DNA of 64,000 nucleotides from a virus. The position numbers and the translations under genes were made by a program. Below, in pieces: positions 47,834 to 56,340 of this stretch. Numbering within the stretch: position 1 is the first letter of the stretch; every line of letters starts with the position of its first letter. The stretch spans positions 32,001 through 96,000 of IMG/VR virus record IMGVR_UViG_3300018080_000009. One strand, written 5' to 3'. Under the pieces are notes generated by a model. That model ran no database searches. It saw only the letters and a program-made list of their open reading frames with translations, and had not been told where the DNA came from.

Positions 47834-49473
47834 ACAAAGGCACAGGGCAGGAAAACATTGTCGTCGATGACGATGAAGAGTTTCCATATTGTGGTAGGGA
47901 AGGTGATATAGAAGAGCCACCTGAAGATGAGGAGGATCTTCCTGAGACATTAGAATTGTCTCCAGTTCCAGAGAATACGTCTGAAGATTCTTTAGACTCT
48001 CGTATAGAAGTAGTGAAGAATCCGGCTTTAGAATCATTCTTGAAACGATGTGATAGAGATTTACCTCCAGATAGAAGGTGCTATGGAATAAAGCTTTGTT
48101 TTGCTGGTTGTGAATCAAAAGCTGTAAGGGATGGATTGTATCGAATAGGAGTACGTCAGATTCTGGTTTCGTATTTTTATTTTAGGAAGTATCTCAAGAG
48201 GACGTCCCTTCAGGAGCTTGCCGAAGACCTAGGTAGATTTGATTTTGTGTTTCTTGATTCTGGTGGATTTACTCTGATGCAGGCTTTGCAGAAGAATAAG
48301 GCTACAGAGAATTTGAAGGATTATGCAGAGGAATACTACCGTGAATTGCCTAAGATACATCATTTGTTCTCGATATGTGCTGAAGTTGACGTAGAAGAAT
48401 TAGGCATAGCCTATATGGAGGAGAAGAAGCGTCAGATGCTAGATGCAGGAGTAAATATAGCTCCAGTCATCCAGCAAAAGCCAATATCTCAGTATGAGAG
48501 CTATGGTTGGTTTGATTTGTTTCCCTACATAGCTTTGGGTTCTATTACAGCCAGTGATCCTAAATATGTTTCGTACATTAATCAGCTGTATGAAATCGGT
48601 AAGGAAAAGGGAATTGTCTATCATGGTTTTGGTGTGACCAGAGCTAACACGATTCTTCGTTCTCGATACTATTCAGTCGATTCTACGTCGTGGACTTCTG
48701 GAGCTCGATTTGGCGTGACTATGATTTTTCAGAATGGTCGTATACGTCACTATGACAAAAAGAAAAAAGATGTTCGTAAGAGGTATAAGAGAAGGTTTGA
48801 AGAGGCTGGATTGATCTGGAGTGATTTGGAGCAGGATAAGAACTTCGAGATCAATATGATGAATGCTTTGGCTTGGAAACAATGGGCAGACTATATCAAG
48901 TATTCCGCACATAAATGTTACTGGTTGACACCGAAGGAGTGGGATGAAGCTCTGACCATGAAATCCAAGGCTTTTAATGCCGAAGGTCTGATGGATAGAA
49001 GTGCATCTATTCAGAGGACTATGAGTAGGAGATTAGCTCAGGTAGATGATGCGAGGAAGGATGATAGGACTCAAGAACCCCTGCTATGTAACAATTGCAA
49101 TATGTCTGGTAGGTGTCCCAGATATAAGCCAGAACAACCGTGTGGATATGACATCAATATTCGATTAGAGACTCAAGCTGATCTGAAGAGAGCTATTCAG
49201 ATAGTGTTGGAGTCTCAATTAGGTAGAGTGAATACAGGGATTTTATTTGAAAAGCTGGAGGGAGGTACTTTTGATATGAATCTTTCTCTAGAGGTCCAGA
49301 GATTTATGAACATGGTTGCCCAGGCAAAGAGTATTTTTGAAATACGTGACGATGAGATAGAAATAAAGGCTAAGGGTGGTGGAGCTGTATCCAAGATGAT
49401 GGAAGCTTTGTTTAAAGATTCAGATTCCAAAAAAGAAAAGGGTCCGGTAATTAATATTACGAAAGAAGATTAG
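47827..49473 (+). CDS. TGT-fold base-exchange enzyme (DpdA-like) with C-terminal Cys cluster
   Basis: FLDSGGFT, EVD, APV, HGFG, SVDSTSW; CNNC..C..C; at end of que/folE cluster. Confidence 0.75.
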   Translation: MVDKGTGQENIVVDDDEEFPYCGREGDIEEPPEDEEDLPETLELSPVPENTSEDSLDSRIEVVKNPALESFLKRCDRDLPPDRRCYGIKLCFAGCESKAVRDGLYRIGVRQILVSYFYFRKYLKRTSLQELAEDLGRFDFVFLDSGGFTLMQALQKNKATENLKDYAEEYYRELPKIHHLFSICAEVDVEELGIAYMEEKKRQMLDAGVNIAPVIQQKPISQYESYGWFDLFPYIALGSITASDPKYVSYINQLYEIGKEKGIVYHGFGVTRANTILRSRYYSVDSTSWTSGARFGVTMIFQNGRIRHYDKKKKDVRKRYKRRFEEAGLIWSDLEQDKNFEINMMNALAWKQWADYIKYSAHKCYWLTPKEWDEALTMKSKAFNAEGLMDRSASIQRTMSRRLAQVDDARKDDRTQEPLLCNNCNMSGRCPRYKPEQPCGYDINIRLETQADLKRAIQIVLESQLGRVNTGILFEKLEGGTFDMNLSLEVQRFMNMVAQAKSIFEIRDDEIEIKAKGGGAVSKMMEALFKDSDSKKEKGPVINITKED

Positions 49474-49485
49474 CTGTTTAAATGT

Positions 49486-49513
49486 TTGACAAAACCCCTA
49501 AGTATACTACAAT
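49486..49513 (+). promoter_or_regulatory. Sigma70-type promoter, copy 4
   Basis: TTGACA-16-TACAAT. Confidence 0.7.
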
Positions 49514-49556
49514 GCAGTGAATCAACAGGAATGAAGCTCTGCATTCAAAAGGAGAT

Positions 49557-49958
49557 ATGTTTATGACAAACGAGAAGAATTTTAGCATCCAAGCATGGCA
49601 TGATGAGGGTGAGAAGCACTATGTCAAGCTTGAGACTGAGGTTAATGAATTGAGGGCACAGCTTGAGGCCAAGGAGAAAGAAAAACAAGAACTCGGTATT
49701 CTTTTGGGTAAAGATCAGCCCAGTAATGTCACTAGGATACAGGTAAAAAGACCTGTCATGAGTGCATACAGATCATTGCATTTGAAGGGAGATGATCATG
49801 CCGAGGTTAGGGATTTTGTCCAGGCTGTAATGAAGAACAACAGCGATCTGGATGAGAAGAGGATCATGACATGTTTGCGAGATCTATCTCGATCAGGTGA
49901 GATTGGTTTAGATGTGACTAATAATCGTCTGACTGCTCTTAAGAGTCAAAAGAAATAG
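49557..49958 (+). CDS. Coiled-coil + wHTH-like hypothetical protein
   Basis: RBS AAGGAG; first gene after promoter. Confidence 0.5.
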   Translation: MFMTNEKNFSIQAWHDEGEKHYVKLETEVNELRAQLEAKEKEKQELGILLGKDQPSNVTRIQVKRPVMSAYRSLHLKGDDHAEVRDFVQAVMKNNSDLDEKRIMTCLRDLSRSGEIGLDVTNNRLTALKSQKK

Positions 49959-50345
49959 GGTACGATAAGCTTAGAATTACAGTGTAGTTGCACATAAGAC
50001 AAGGAATGGTTATACTAGATATGTGGAAAGTGGAATTGAAATGTTTGGATCGAGTACAAAAAGCACTGTTGCAATGCAGAAGCTCTATTCTGAAATTGAG
50101 TGGACACTTGTGCAATGCTCAGAGTGTAGCTATGAATGGCGAAGTACTGCTGTCGCCATACATGGAGTGCTTTGTCCCGTTTGCAGTTCCCCGGTTGAAG
50201 TCAAAGAAGATCTGGATCTCGAACTCGTCTAGTTCACAGATTCTAGGTACTGATTGGCTGAAGCTTCTGGCTATCTTTGTCCTTATTGGCAATTTTGTTT
50301 GGATCATTTTTGCTCTAATCCGGTCGGTTTTGTAAGGAGAATTCT

Positions 50346-50729
50346 ATGTATTGGTTGAGCTTTTCTTTTGTCGGAATGTTTAAGAATCTTCCGTGGAGAA
50401 AGATATTAGAATGGACTATAGCTATTGGCATAGTGTTGTCCTTAGTATTTTGGATCAATCGATGCAGGGATTCAGGGGATTTGTCTGGTATTGATGCAGT
50501 ACTTGAACATACTAAGAGAGTCGATGAGTCTTTGAAGAAGTCCATGGATAAGATCGATAGGTTGGAGCAAGAATTGAAGACAATCCGTGGAGCATTAGAG
50601 ATTTTGGCTGAGAGAGAGCTTGAGAGTATAGAAGCTCGGGAAGGTATCGAAAATGAACTTCGTGACGCCGGTACGATTTCTGATATCGATTGTCTTGTGT
50701 ATGGGGATTGTGTTACCAGCATACGCTGA
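50346..50729 (+). CDS. Membrane-anchored coiled-coil protein (spanin-like)
   Basis: N-terminal TM followed by Cys, coiled coil; overlaps next gene. Confidence 0.45.
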   Translation: MYWLSFSFVGMFKNLPWRKILEWTIAIGIVLSLVFWINRCRDSGDLSGIDAVLEHTKRVDESLKKSMDKIDRLEQELKTIRGALEILAERELESIEAREGIENELRDAGTISDIDCLVYGDCVTSIR

Positions 50730-51141
50730 TGATCCAAGGCCAGAGGAACAGTACGAACCTCCGAGGGGTATTACCAAGAAATTTAGTGGTGAAGAGTATA
50801 AATGTTTCAATACGTCTGAGTGGAGAACTCTTGGGATAATCATCAATGACTACAGATGGTTTTGGGTATGGTCAGGCATTGTCCTAGATAGGGAGAATGA
50901 GAGGCTGAAGGAGATAAGTATTCTTACTCAGCAAAAAGAAGAATTGAAGATTGCTCTAGATCGAGTGAATGATAATCGTCAGTTGCTGAAAGATTCTGTT
51001 GTGGGCCAGCAAAAGGCATTGTCTAAAATAAATCAAGATTTTAAGAAGCTTCAGAAGAAGGAATGGATTCGTTGGGGGGTGACTGCAGTAGTTGCTGTTT
51101 TGTTCGGTGTTTATGTGGTAGTAGATAAGTCTAAGGAGTGA
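50653..51141 (+). CDS. Signal peptide + coiled coil + C-terminal TM protein (spanin-like partner)
   Basis: Hydrophobic N- and C-termini; 77-nt overlap with upstream gene. Confidence 0.4.
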   Translation: MNFVTPVRFLISIVLCMGIVLPAYADDPRPEEQYEPPRGITKKFSGEEYKCFNTSEWRTLGIIINDYRWFWVWSGIVLDRENERLKEISILTQQKEELKIALDRVNDNRQLLKDSVVGQQKALSKINQDFKKLQKKEWIRWGVTAVVAVLFGVYVVVDKSKE

Positions 51142-51144
51142 CTG

Positions 51145-51447
51145 ATGTCTACGTATAGTGATTTAGTAGCCAAGATAAAAGCTGCAGCAGACAGTAGTAC
51201 TGATGTAGTCAAGGTAGCCATTGGAAGCACGGGCAACACAGTTACGATAGATGATGTAGAGATGTCTACAGGTAAGGCTTGGCAAGACCCTTCGTTTATT
51301 GCTGTTTTACAAGAAGGTTTGTCGGATTGGTTAGATGATCCGTTGATATCCAAGCTCAATGAATTAATTGGTCAGTACAATCAGCTGAGATCCGATTATA
51401 ACAGTATGACAGTACCTACTTCTGCAAACTCAGTGAGTACGCTTTAG
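51145..51447 (+). CDS. Hypothetical protein
   Basis: RBS AAGGAG. Confidence 0.5.
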   Translation: MSTYSDLVAKIKAAADSSTDVVKVAIGSTGNTVTIDDVEMSTGKAWQDPSFIAVLQEGLSDWLDDPLISKLNELIGQYNQLRSDYNSMTVPTSANSVSTL

Positions 51448-51628
51448 TTTGAATTGAATCAGGGATAGTTTCAGCGAGCCTAAATCGACACCTGACGAGG
51501 TAATGTTCGTAACGCTGTGGTATTTAGTGCACTGAATACCAGAGAGAGTAGGTGGGAGCGGTAGAAGGCCGTATAAGTGATACGTCGCATCAGCCTGTAA
51601 ACTCAAACTATCTCTGATTGAATTCAAA
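51448..51628 (+). ncRNA. Candidate ~180-nt multi-branched structured RNA
   Basis: TTTGAATT-G-AATCAGGGATAGTTT / AAACTATCTCTGATT-G-AATTCAAA closing stem; internal CAGCG/CGCTG and TGGTATTTAG/CTGAATACCA. Confidence 0.6.
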
Positions 51629-51640
51629 AAGGAGTGTAAA

Positions 51641-51889
51641 ATGATACCGCCGTTAGTGAAGAAAGCTATCGATAGGCATGTTTCTCAAGGAATGGTTTGT
51701 GGAAAGTTTGTGACCTCTGTTTTGGAAAATAATCTGCTCATGGCATTTATTCATGCAGATGAGAATAGCCTTGATGCTTTGAGAGAAATTGTAGATTATT
51801 TGTATTATGAAGTTCCTGCTCCAGCCTGGGGATGTAAAGAGAATGTCAAGAAGTGGAGGGAGCAAGGAGGATTAGATGGACTCAGTTAA
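51641..51889 (+). CDS. Small conserved-type phage protein
   Basis: FVTSVLENNL..A...AD..S...PAPAWG; RBS AAGGAG. Confidence 0.55.
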   Translation: MIPPLVKKAIDRHVSQGMVCGKFVTSVLENNLLMAFIHADENSLDALREIVDYLYYEVPAPAWGCKENVKKWREQGGLDGLS

Positions 51890-52536
51890 TGAGGGAATAA
51901 TCGATCTGAGGATTTATAGACAGAATGATGTAGTTGGGGTTTCAGCCGATATTAAAGATGGAGCTACTTTGTTCGATGTTCTGAGTGGACTGGCCTTTGC
52001 TGCTGCTGTATTGATCGTGAATGCAGAGGAAGATTTGAAGGATTTAGATTCTGTTGTAAAGAATTACTGTGGGATTTTTCAGAGTAATGTCAGAGAACTG
52101 AAATCCGAAAAGGATAGAATAGGTACCGGTAAACCTAATTAGGAGGAGTTATGGTTGAGAAGATAGGTCCAGAACTAGTGCATTTGGGAAATCCATGTAT
52201 ATATTGCTTGAAGGAGCATGATGGCAGTAATGAAGAAGCTTGTCCGGTACGTTTGAGGGCTAAAGAAGAAGCTGAGAACAGGATTACGAAGGCCAAGAAT
52301 TTAGAGAAGGTGACTAATGACTAAGGTGAAGAAAATACAGAAGGATGAAGATTCCTGTCTTCCTTTAGAGGGTGGTGGATGGGGAATGCTGACTCCAGCA
52401 GTAGGGGGAATTCTAGTTACACTAGATTTAAGAGGAGTATTCATTTCTGATTCGGATTTAAAGAAGCTTGGGTACATTCGTATGCTAGATGTTGATGTGG
52501 AAACAAAGGTTACGATTGGCGAGAAAGAGAAAGAAG

Positions 52537-53220
52537 ATGAGTTGGAAGTCGAATCTTCGTAAGAATCTTGAGGCTATGAAGTGGTTGTATTCTAAGGTTG
52601 ATGAGACCATGGAGAAAGCTGCTAAGAAGTACAATGCTCCGTGTAAGAGTGGATGCTATGATTGTTGCCATCAATTAGTAACCATGACTCTAGCTGAAGG
52701 GGTATGTATCATAGATGGAATCTATAGATCTTTACCTCGTGGAGGATCTTTGAAGTCTGTTTTGAATCCTATTTTAAAAGAATCTAGCAATCAGTTTAAG
52801 CTCTTGGTTGAAGACCCAGGAATGAATGTAGAAAGATGGTTTTCTAAGAAAACAAGATGTGTTCTCCTGGATTCAGAGGGTAGGTGTAGGGTATACGAAA
52901 ATCGTCCAGTAGCTTGTAGAAGCCATATGGTTACTGAAGGGTCTGACTGTAGCGTGAATAGCATAGGTGCGATGAATCCGCATGTGAATAATCACGATAT
53001 GATTCAGGCTTCTTTAGAGGCTGGAAGACGATTCTCAGATGCGATTAATATTCCTTTGGGGTATGCTCCTTTGCCAGCAGCATTAGTTTGGGCTTCTATC
53101 TTGTACTTGGAGAGTCGTGATGGTTTGATGAGAAAACTGAAGGGTACAGTTTTTGAAGATGATAAAGCTGGAATGTCATTTTGGGTTTTGAAGCTGAAAA
53201 CCATGCAAGAAATTCAATAG
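52537..53220 (+). CDS. YkgJ/FliB-like cysteine-cluster (CxxxCxxCC) protein
   Basis: CKSGCYDCC...CVLLD..GRCRVYENRPVACR. Confidence 0.8.
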   Translation: MSWKSNLRKNLEAMKWLYSKVDETMEKAAKKYNAPCKSGCYDCCHQLVTMTLAEGVCIIDGIYRSLPRGGSLKSVLNPILKESSNQFKLLVEDPGMNVERWFSKKTRCVLLDSEGRCRVYENRPVACRSHMVTEGSDCSVNSIGAMNPHVNNHDMIQASLEAGRRFSDAINIPLGYAPLPAALVWASILYLESRDGLMRKLKGTVFEDDKAGMSFWVLKLKTMQEIQ

Positions 53221-53251
53221 ACGTGGTAAAGTAACTCAAAGGAGGTAGAGC

Positions 53252-53662
53252 ATGAGATTTCAAATGAGTGCAAAATTTGAGCAAGGAGTTGCTGATGTAG
53301 ATCCAGTAACTGCTCCTCAAAATATACTTGTAGAGCATTTCTGTGATCCGGGTGTAAAGGCACCGGATGATCCAGAGGCTTTGTATCTAGCTTTAATGGG
53401 TACTGGTGCAGAGACAGTTACTCTCGATTTGTACCTTTTGATTGAGAGCAAAAATGTAGATGCTAAGGCTGCGGATTACAAAGAGGCAGGAACGAGATGG
53501 TTCCAATTTGCAACAGGTCTAGTAGTAACCAATGGTACATTGGCTTCAGTAACGGCTAATTTGCCTGCTGGTGGAATAATTTATGCTCGTAGAACAGCGG
53601 ATGCAATTACTGTGGGTCAAACTAGATCACTGTTAATGAGCTGGAATCCTGCTGTCCAATAA
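53252..53662 (+). CDS. Hypothetical protein
   Basis: RBS AAGGAGGT. Confidence 0.55.
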   Translation: MRFQMSAKFEQGVADVDPVTAPQNILVEHFCDPGVKAPDDPEALYLALMGTGAETVTLDLYLLIESKNVDAKAADYKEAGTRWFQFATGLVVTNGTLASVTANLPAGGIIYARRTADAITVGQTRSLLMSWNPAVQ

Positions 53663-53687
53663 ATTCAGAAATGTACAAATTCACTGC

Positions 53688-53715
53688 TTGACAAAACTCT
53701 GAAGTATATTACCTT
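53688..53715 (+). promoter_or_regulatory. Sigma70-type promoter, copy 5
   Basis: TTGACA-16-TACCTT; CACTGCTTGACAAAAC identical to copy 1. Confidence 0.7.
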
Positions 53716-53771
53716 TATATGTAGACATAGAACAAAGGGTCGTTAGACCCCGTAAGACACAGGAGTAAGAC

Positions 53772-54422
53772 ATGGCAACCACAAAGAAGAAAACCGTCAA
53801 GAAAACCACAGCAAAGAAATCAGTCAAAAAGACTGTAGCCAAGAAACCAACTGACAAGAAAGTGTCTTCCGAGAAGACAACAGCCAAGAAGGCTGATCCT
53901 AAGAAACCCGTCAAAGAAAAGGTGGCTCCGGTGAAGATCGATATTTTTGCCAAGCACCATTTATTTTCGGTAAAGCTGCCGAAGGGTACAGAGGTTACCA
54001 GAAGAAGCAGAAGGCCGGTAGTAGCCGTTGTTGCTTTGGTTCATGCTGACGGCCATCAAGGAGTTGTTCAGTGGACCAGCAACCTGTCCAGAGCCCGTTT
54101 TGTGGCTAAGGAACATGAGGATCGATCCAAGGATGGCGGAAAAGGTTACGCCAAGGCTTTTGGCAAGAAACCCCCGAAATGGTTTCAAGAGCATGGTGCA
54201 CCGGTTGAGGTGAAGATCCTGACTGAGGTTAAGGATCTCGGTGAAGCTCCAGAGGAAGTTAAGGAGAAAGCTCCGAGAGCAAAGAAAAATAAGAAATCAG
54301 TTCCAGTCGATGACATCTTCAAGACCAAAATTCAAGCCGAGAAAGCAGCAAAGGCTCTGAAGCTGAATCCGGAAAAAGTCATTTCCAAAGTAGACGAGGG
54401 TTGGAAGGTATCTTTGCCCTAG
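53772..54422 (+). CDS. Lys-rich protein with histone H1-like N-terminal repeats
   Basis: TKKKTVKKTTAKKSVKKTVAKK... Confidence 0.6.
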   Translation: MATTKKKTVKKTTAKKSVKKTVAKKPTDKKVSSEKTTAKKADPKKPVKEKVAPVKIDIFAKHHLFSVKLPKGTEVTRRSRRPVVAVVALVHADGHQGVVQWTSNLSRARFVAKEHEDRSKDGGKGYAKAFGKKPPKWFQEHGAPVEVKILTEVKDLGEAPEEVKEKAPRAKKNKKSVPVDDIFKTKIQAEKAAKALKLNPEKVISKVDEGWKVSLP

Positions 54423-55176
54423 GTTTATCCGTCTATATAGGAGTTAGAACATGAAAACATGGGTGTATACTAAGCCTACATACGGAAAAGACAAACCTGG
54501 TTACGTGTATTTTTCTGAAGATCTTAGACCTAAGCTTATTTGGGTTGGTGATGTTCCTCATTTGCTTAGAGCAGGAGATATGATTCAAGTTGTAGAAGGG
54601 TTTTGCGTAGAGACTGTTGATTATGTTTATTATGATTTGAATGAGGACAGTCAAGAAGTCCATTTAGTAACGATGGATTCTGGCAATGAATATGAAGAGT
54701 GTGAGGAAGCAGACTAAGGTATGATTTGTGAATTCTGTAAGAGGGATCAGATGAAGGATCTTACCCAGGGATTGGGTGAGACAAGGAATCTCTATTGTTC
54801 TAGATGCAGAGCTCATTTTTATCTAGGTAGGTGGTATTCCAAAAAAGAATGGGATGAGTATGTGGAGGATATAGATGTGGATTGAGAAAGATAGAGAAGC
54901 TGCTGAAAAGAGGATAGCTGAGCTCATCGAAGAAAGAGATGAGTATGACAAGCGTCGTAGAGAAACGATGGAAATATCTGAGAGATGGAGGACTGCATAT
55001 CATAGTCTTGCAGAGTTAGAGGGGAAGCCGATAATATCTCCAGATGTTGATGTAGTAGTTAAGAATTCTTTGTCTTCAGGAGATCTCTATTTAGTTCGAG
55101 CCCATACTTATGAGATGGATAGTGCATTGAATGAGCTGACAATACGATTCAAAGTTTTGGATATAGGGAAGTATTG

Positions 55177-55526
55177 ATGATCCCTCTTACAGGAAAATTG
55201 CCTCCAGATGGGAACTAGTTGAGACAAGGGCAGACGGGTCTTCTTGGATAAATCGCAAGAAGAAGCTTTATGTCATTGGTTCAATTGCAGTTGAGCAAGA
55301 TGGAAAGAGATGGTTGCACTTGTCGATGTCTCATCAGAAGAGAATTACGAATTATGAAGAGCTTACGTATCTAAAGAGACATTGGGCAGGAGATGACAGA
55401 AAATGTATAATGGTACTTCCAGCTAAGAAAGAGCATGTGAATATCCATCCAAATGTACTGCATTTGTTCTGTTGTCTAGATGAAGACCCATTACCAGATT
55501 TTACTCGTGGATTGGGTATGATCTGA
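55177..55526 (+). pseudogene. Frameshifted conserved-type phage gene (WLHLS...HVNIHPNVLHL family)
   Basis: ATG at 55177 gives MIPLTGKLPPD then stops; a -1 shift near 55208 continues WELVETRADG...WLHLSMSH. Confidence 0.55.
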
Positions 55527-55554
55527 AAATAGCAGAAAGACAAAGGAGAAAGAC

Positions 55555-56202
55555 ATGAAAGTAAGACTTACATTGGTAGAAGAAATGCTGGGAACCTCGT
55601 GTTCGAATCCCGAGGTGCATGAGGAATTCATTGCCAGCAAGAGTGCAGACAAGGTGAAAATCAAAGAGGAGCTTGAAGCTCTTCCAGCCGAAGTGTTGAT
55701 AGAGAAATCCTTGACGATTTTTCCACGAGATGAAAATGGAAATCCATTCCTCTATGATTATCAGATCAGGGGATTCTTGAAGAATTTCCTAGGAACGAAG
55801 GTTGAGTTTGGACCATTGGTGCTGAAGGTAGGTAAGAAGGATTATAAGTTTTCGAAATGGACCTACAAACGTCTTGTTGATAACTATGTCTTTGTCAAGC
55901 CGCGGAGGATCAAGTTGAACATGCCAGAAGGAAGTGAAGTTAGTTTCTGTACACGTCCACTAAGAGCTGAGACAATGAAGGGTGAGAGGGTGGCTTTAGC
56001 TACATCAGAAGCTGTCCCAGCAGGAACGACATTTGAATTCGAGATAAGGTGTCTTCAGCCAGAACTGTATGATTTGATGCCAGAAGCTCTAGACTACGGT
56101 GAATTCAATGGATTGCTTCAATGGAGGAATTCGGGAAAAGGTACCTTCACTTGGGAGGATCTAGATGAGCAAAAAGTCGAGGAAAGCAAGAAATCGGCGT
56201 AA
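55555..56202 (+). CDS. Stand-alone RAMP/Cas7-like (Csm3-type fold) protein
   Basis: MKVRLTL..EMLG, P.LY...IRGFLK, FV.P..I, RPLR, SEAVPAGTTFEFEI, terminal G-rich loop YG..NGLLQWRNSGKGTF. Confidence 0.7.
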   Translation: MKVRLTLVEEMLGTSCSNPEVHEEFIASKSADKVKIKEELEALPAEVLIEKSLTIFPRDENGNPFLYDYQIRGFLKNFLGTKVEFGPLVLKVGKKDYKFSKWTYKRLVDNYVFVKPRRIKLNMPEGSEVSFCTRPLRAETMKGERVALATSEAVPAGTTFEFEIRCLQPELYDLMPEALDYGEFNGLLQWRNSGKGTFTWEDLDEQKVEESKKSA

Positions 56203-56335
56203 AAGAAGACAAGAAAAGGATTTTCTCAAGAATGGTTCCAAACCCAGACACAAATCGAAAAGTGGACGTACTGGAAAGATTCAAAGTACTAAGAACAAGT
56301 CCCTGAATGATAGAGCACAACGAAAAAAGAAGTAA
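56165..56335 (+). CDS. 56-aa Arg/Lys-rich peptide overlapping the RAMP gene 3' end
   Basis: GGAGG upstream; MSKKSRKARNRRKRRQEKDFLKNGSKPRHKSKSGRTGKIQSTKNKSLNDRAQRKKK*. Confidence 0.45.
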   Translation: MSKKSRKARNRRKRRQEKDFLKNGSKPRHKSKSGRTGKIQSTKNKSLNDRAQRKKK

Positions 56336-56340
56336 AAGAG

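Noticed and set aside
49988-50335. Assigning a product to overlapping ORFs 49988-50335 and 50023-50232
   Set aside because: Cannot tell the real frame or start; the CxxC...CxxC frame and a short downstream TM peptide are both plausible.
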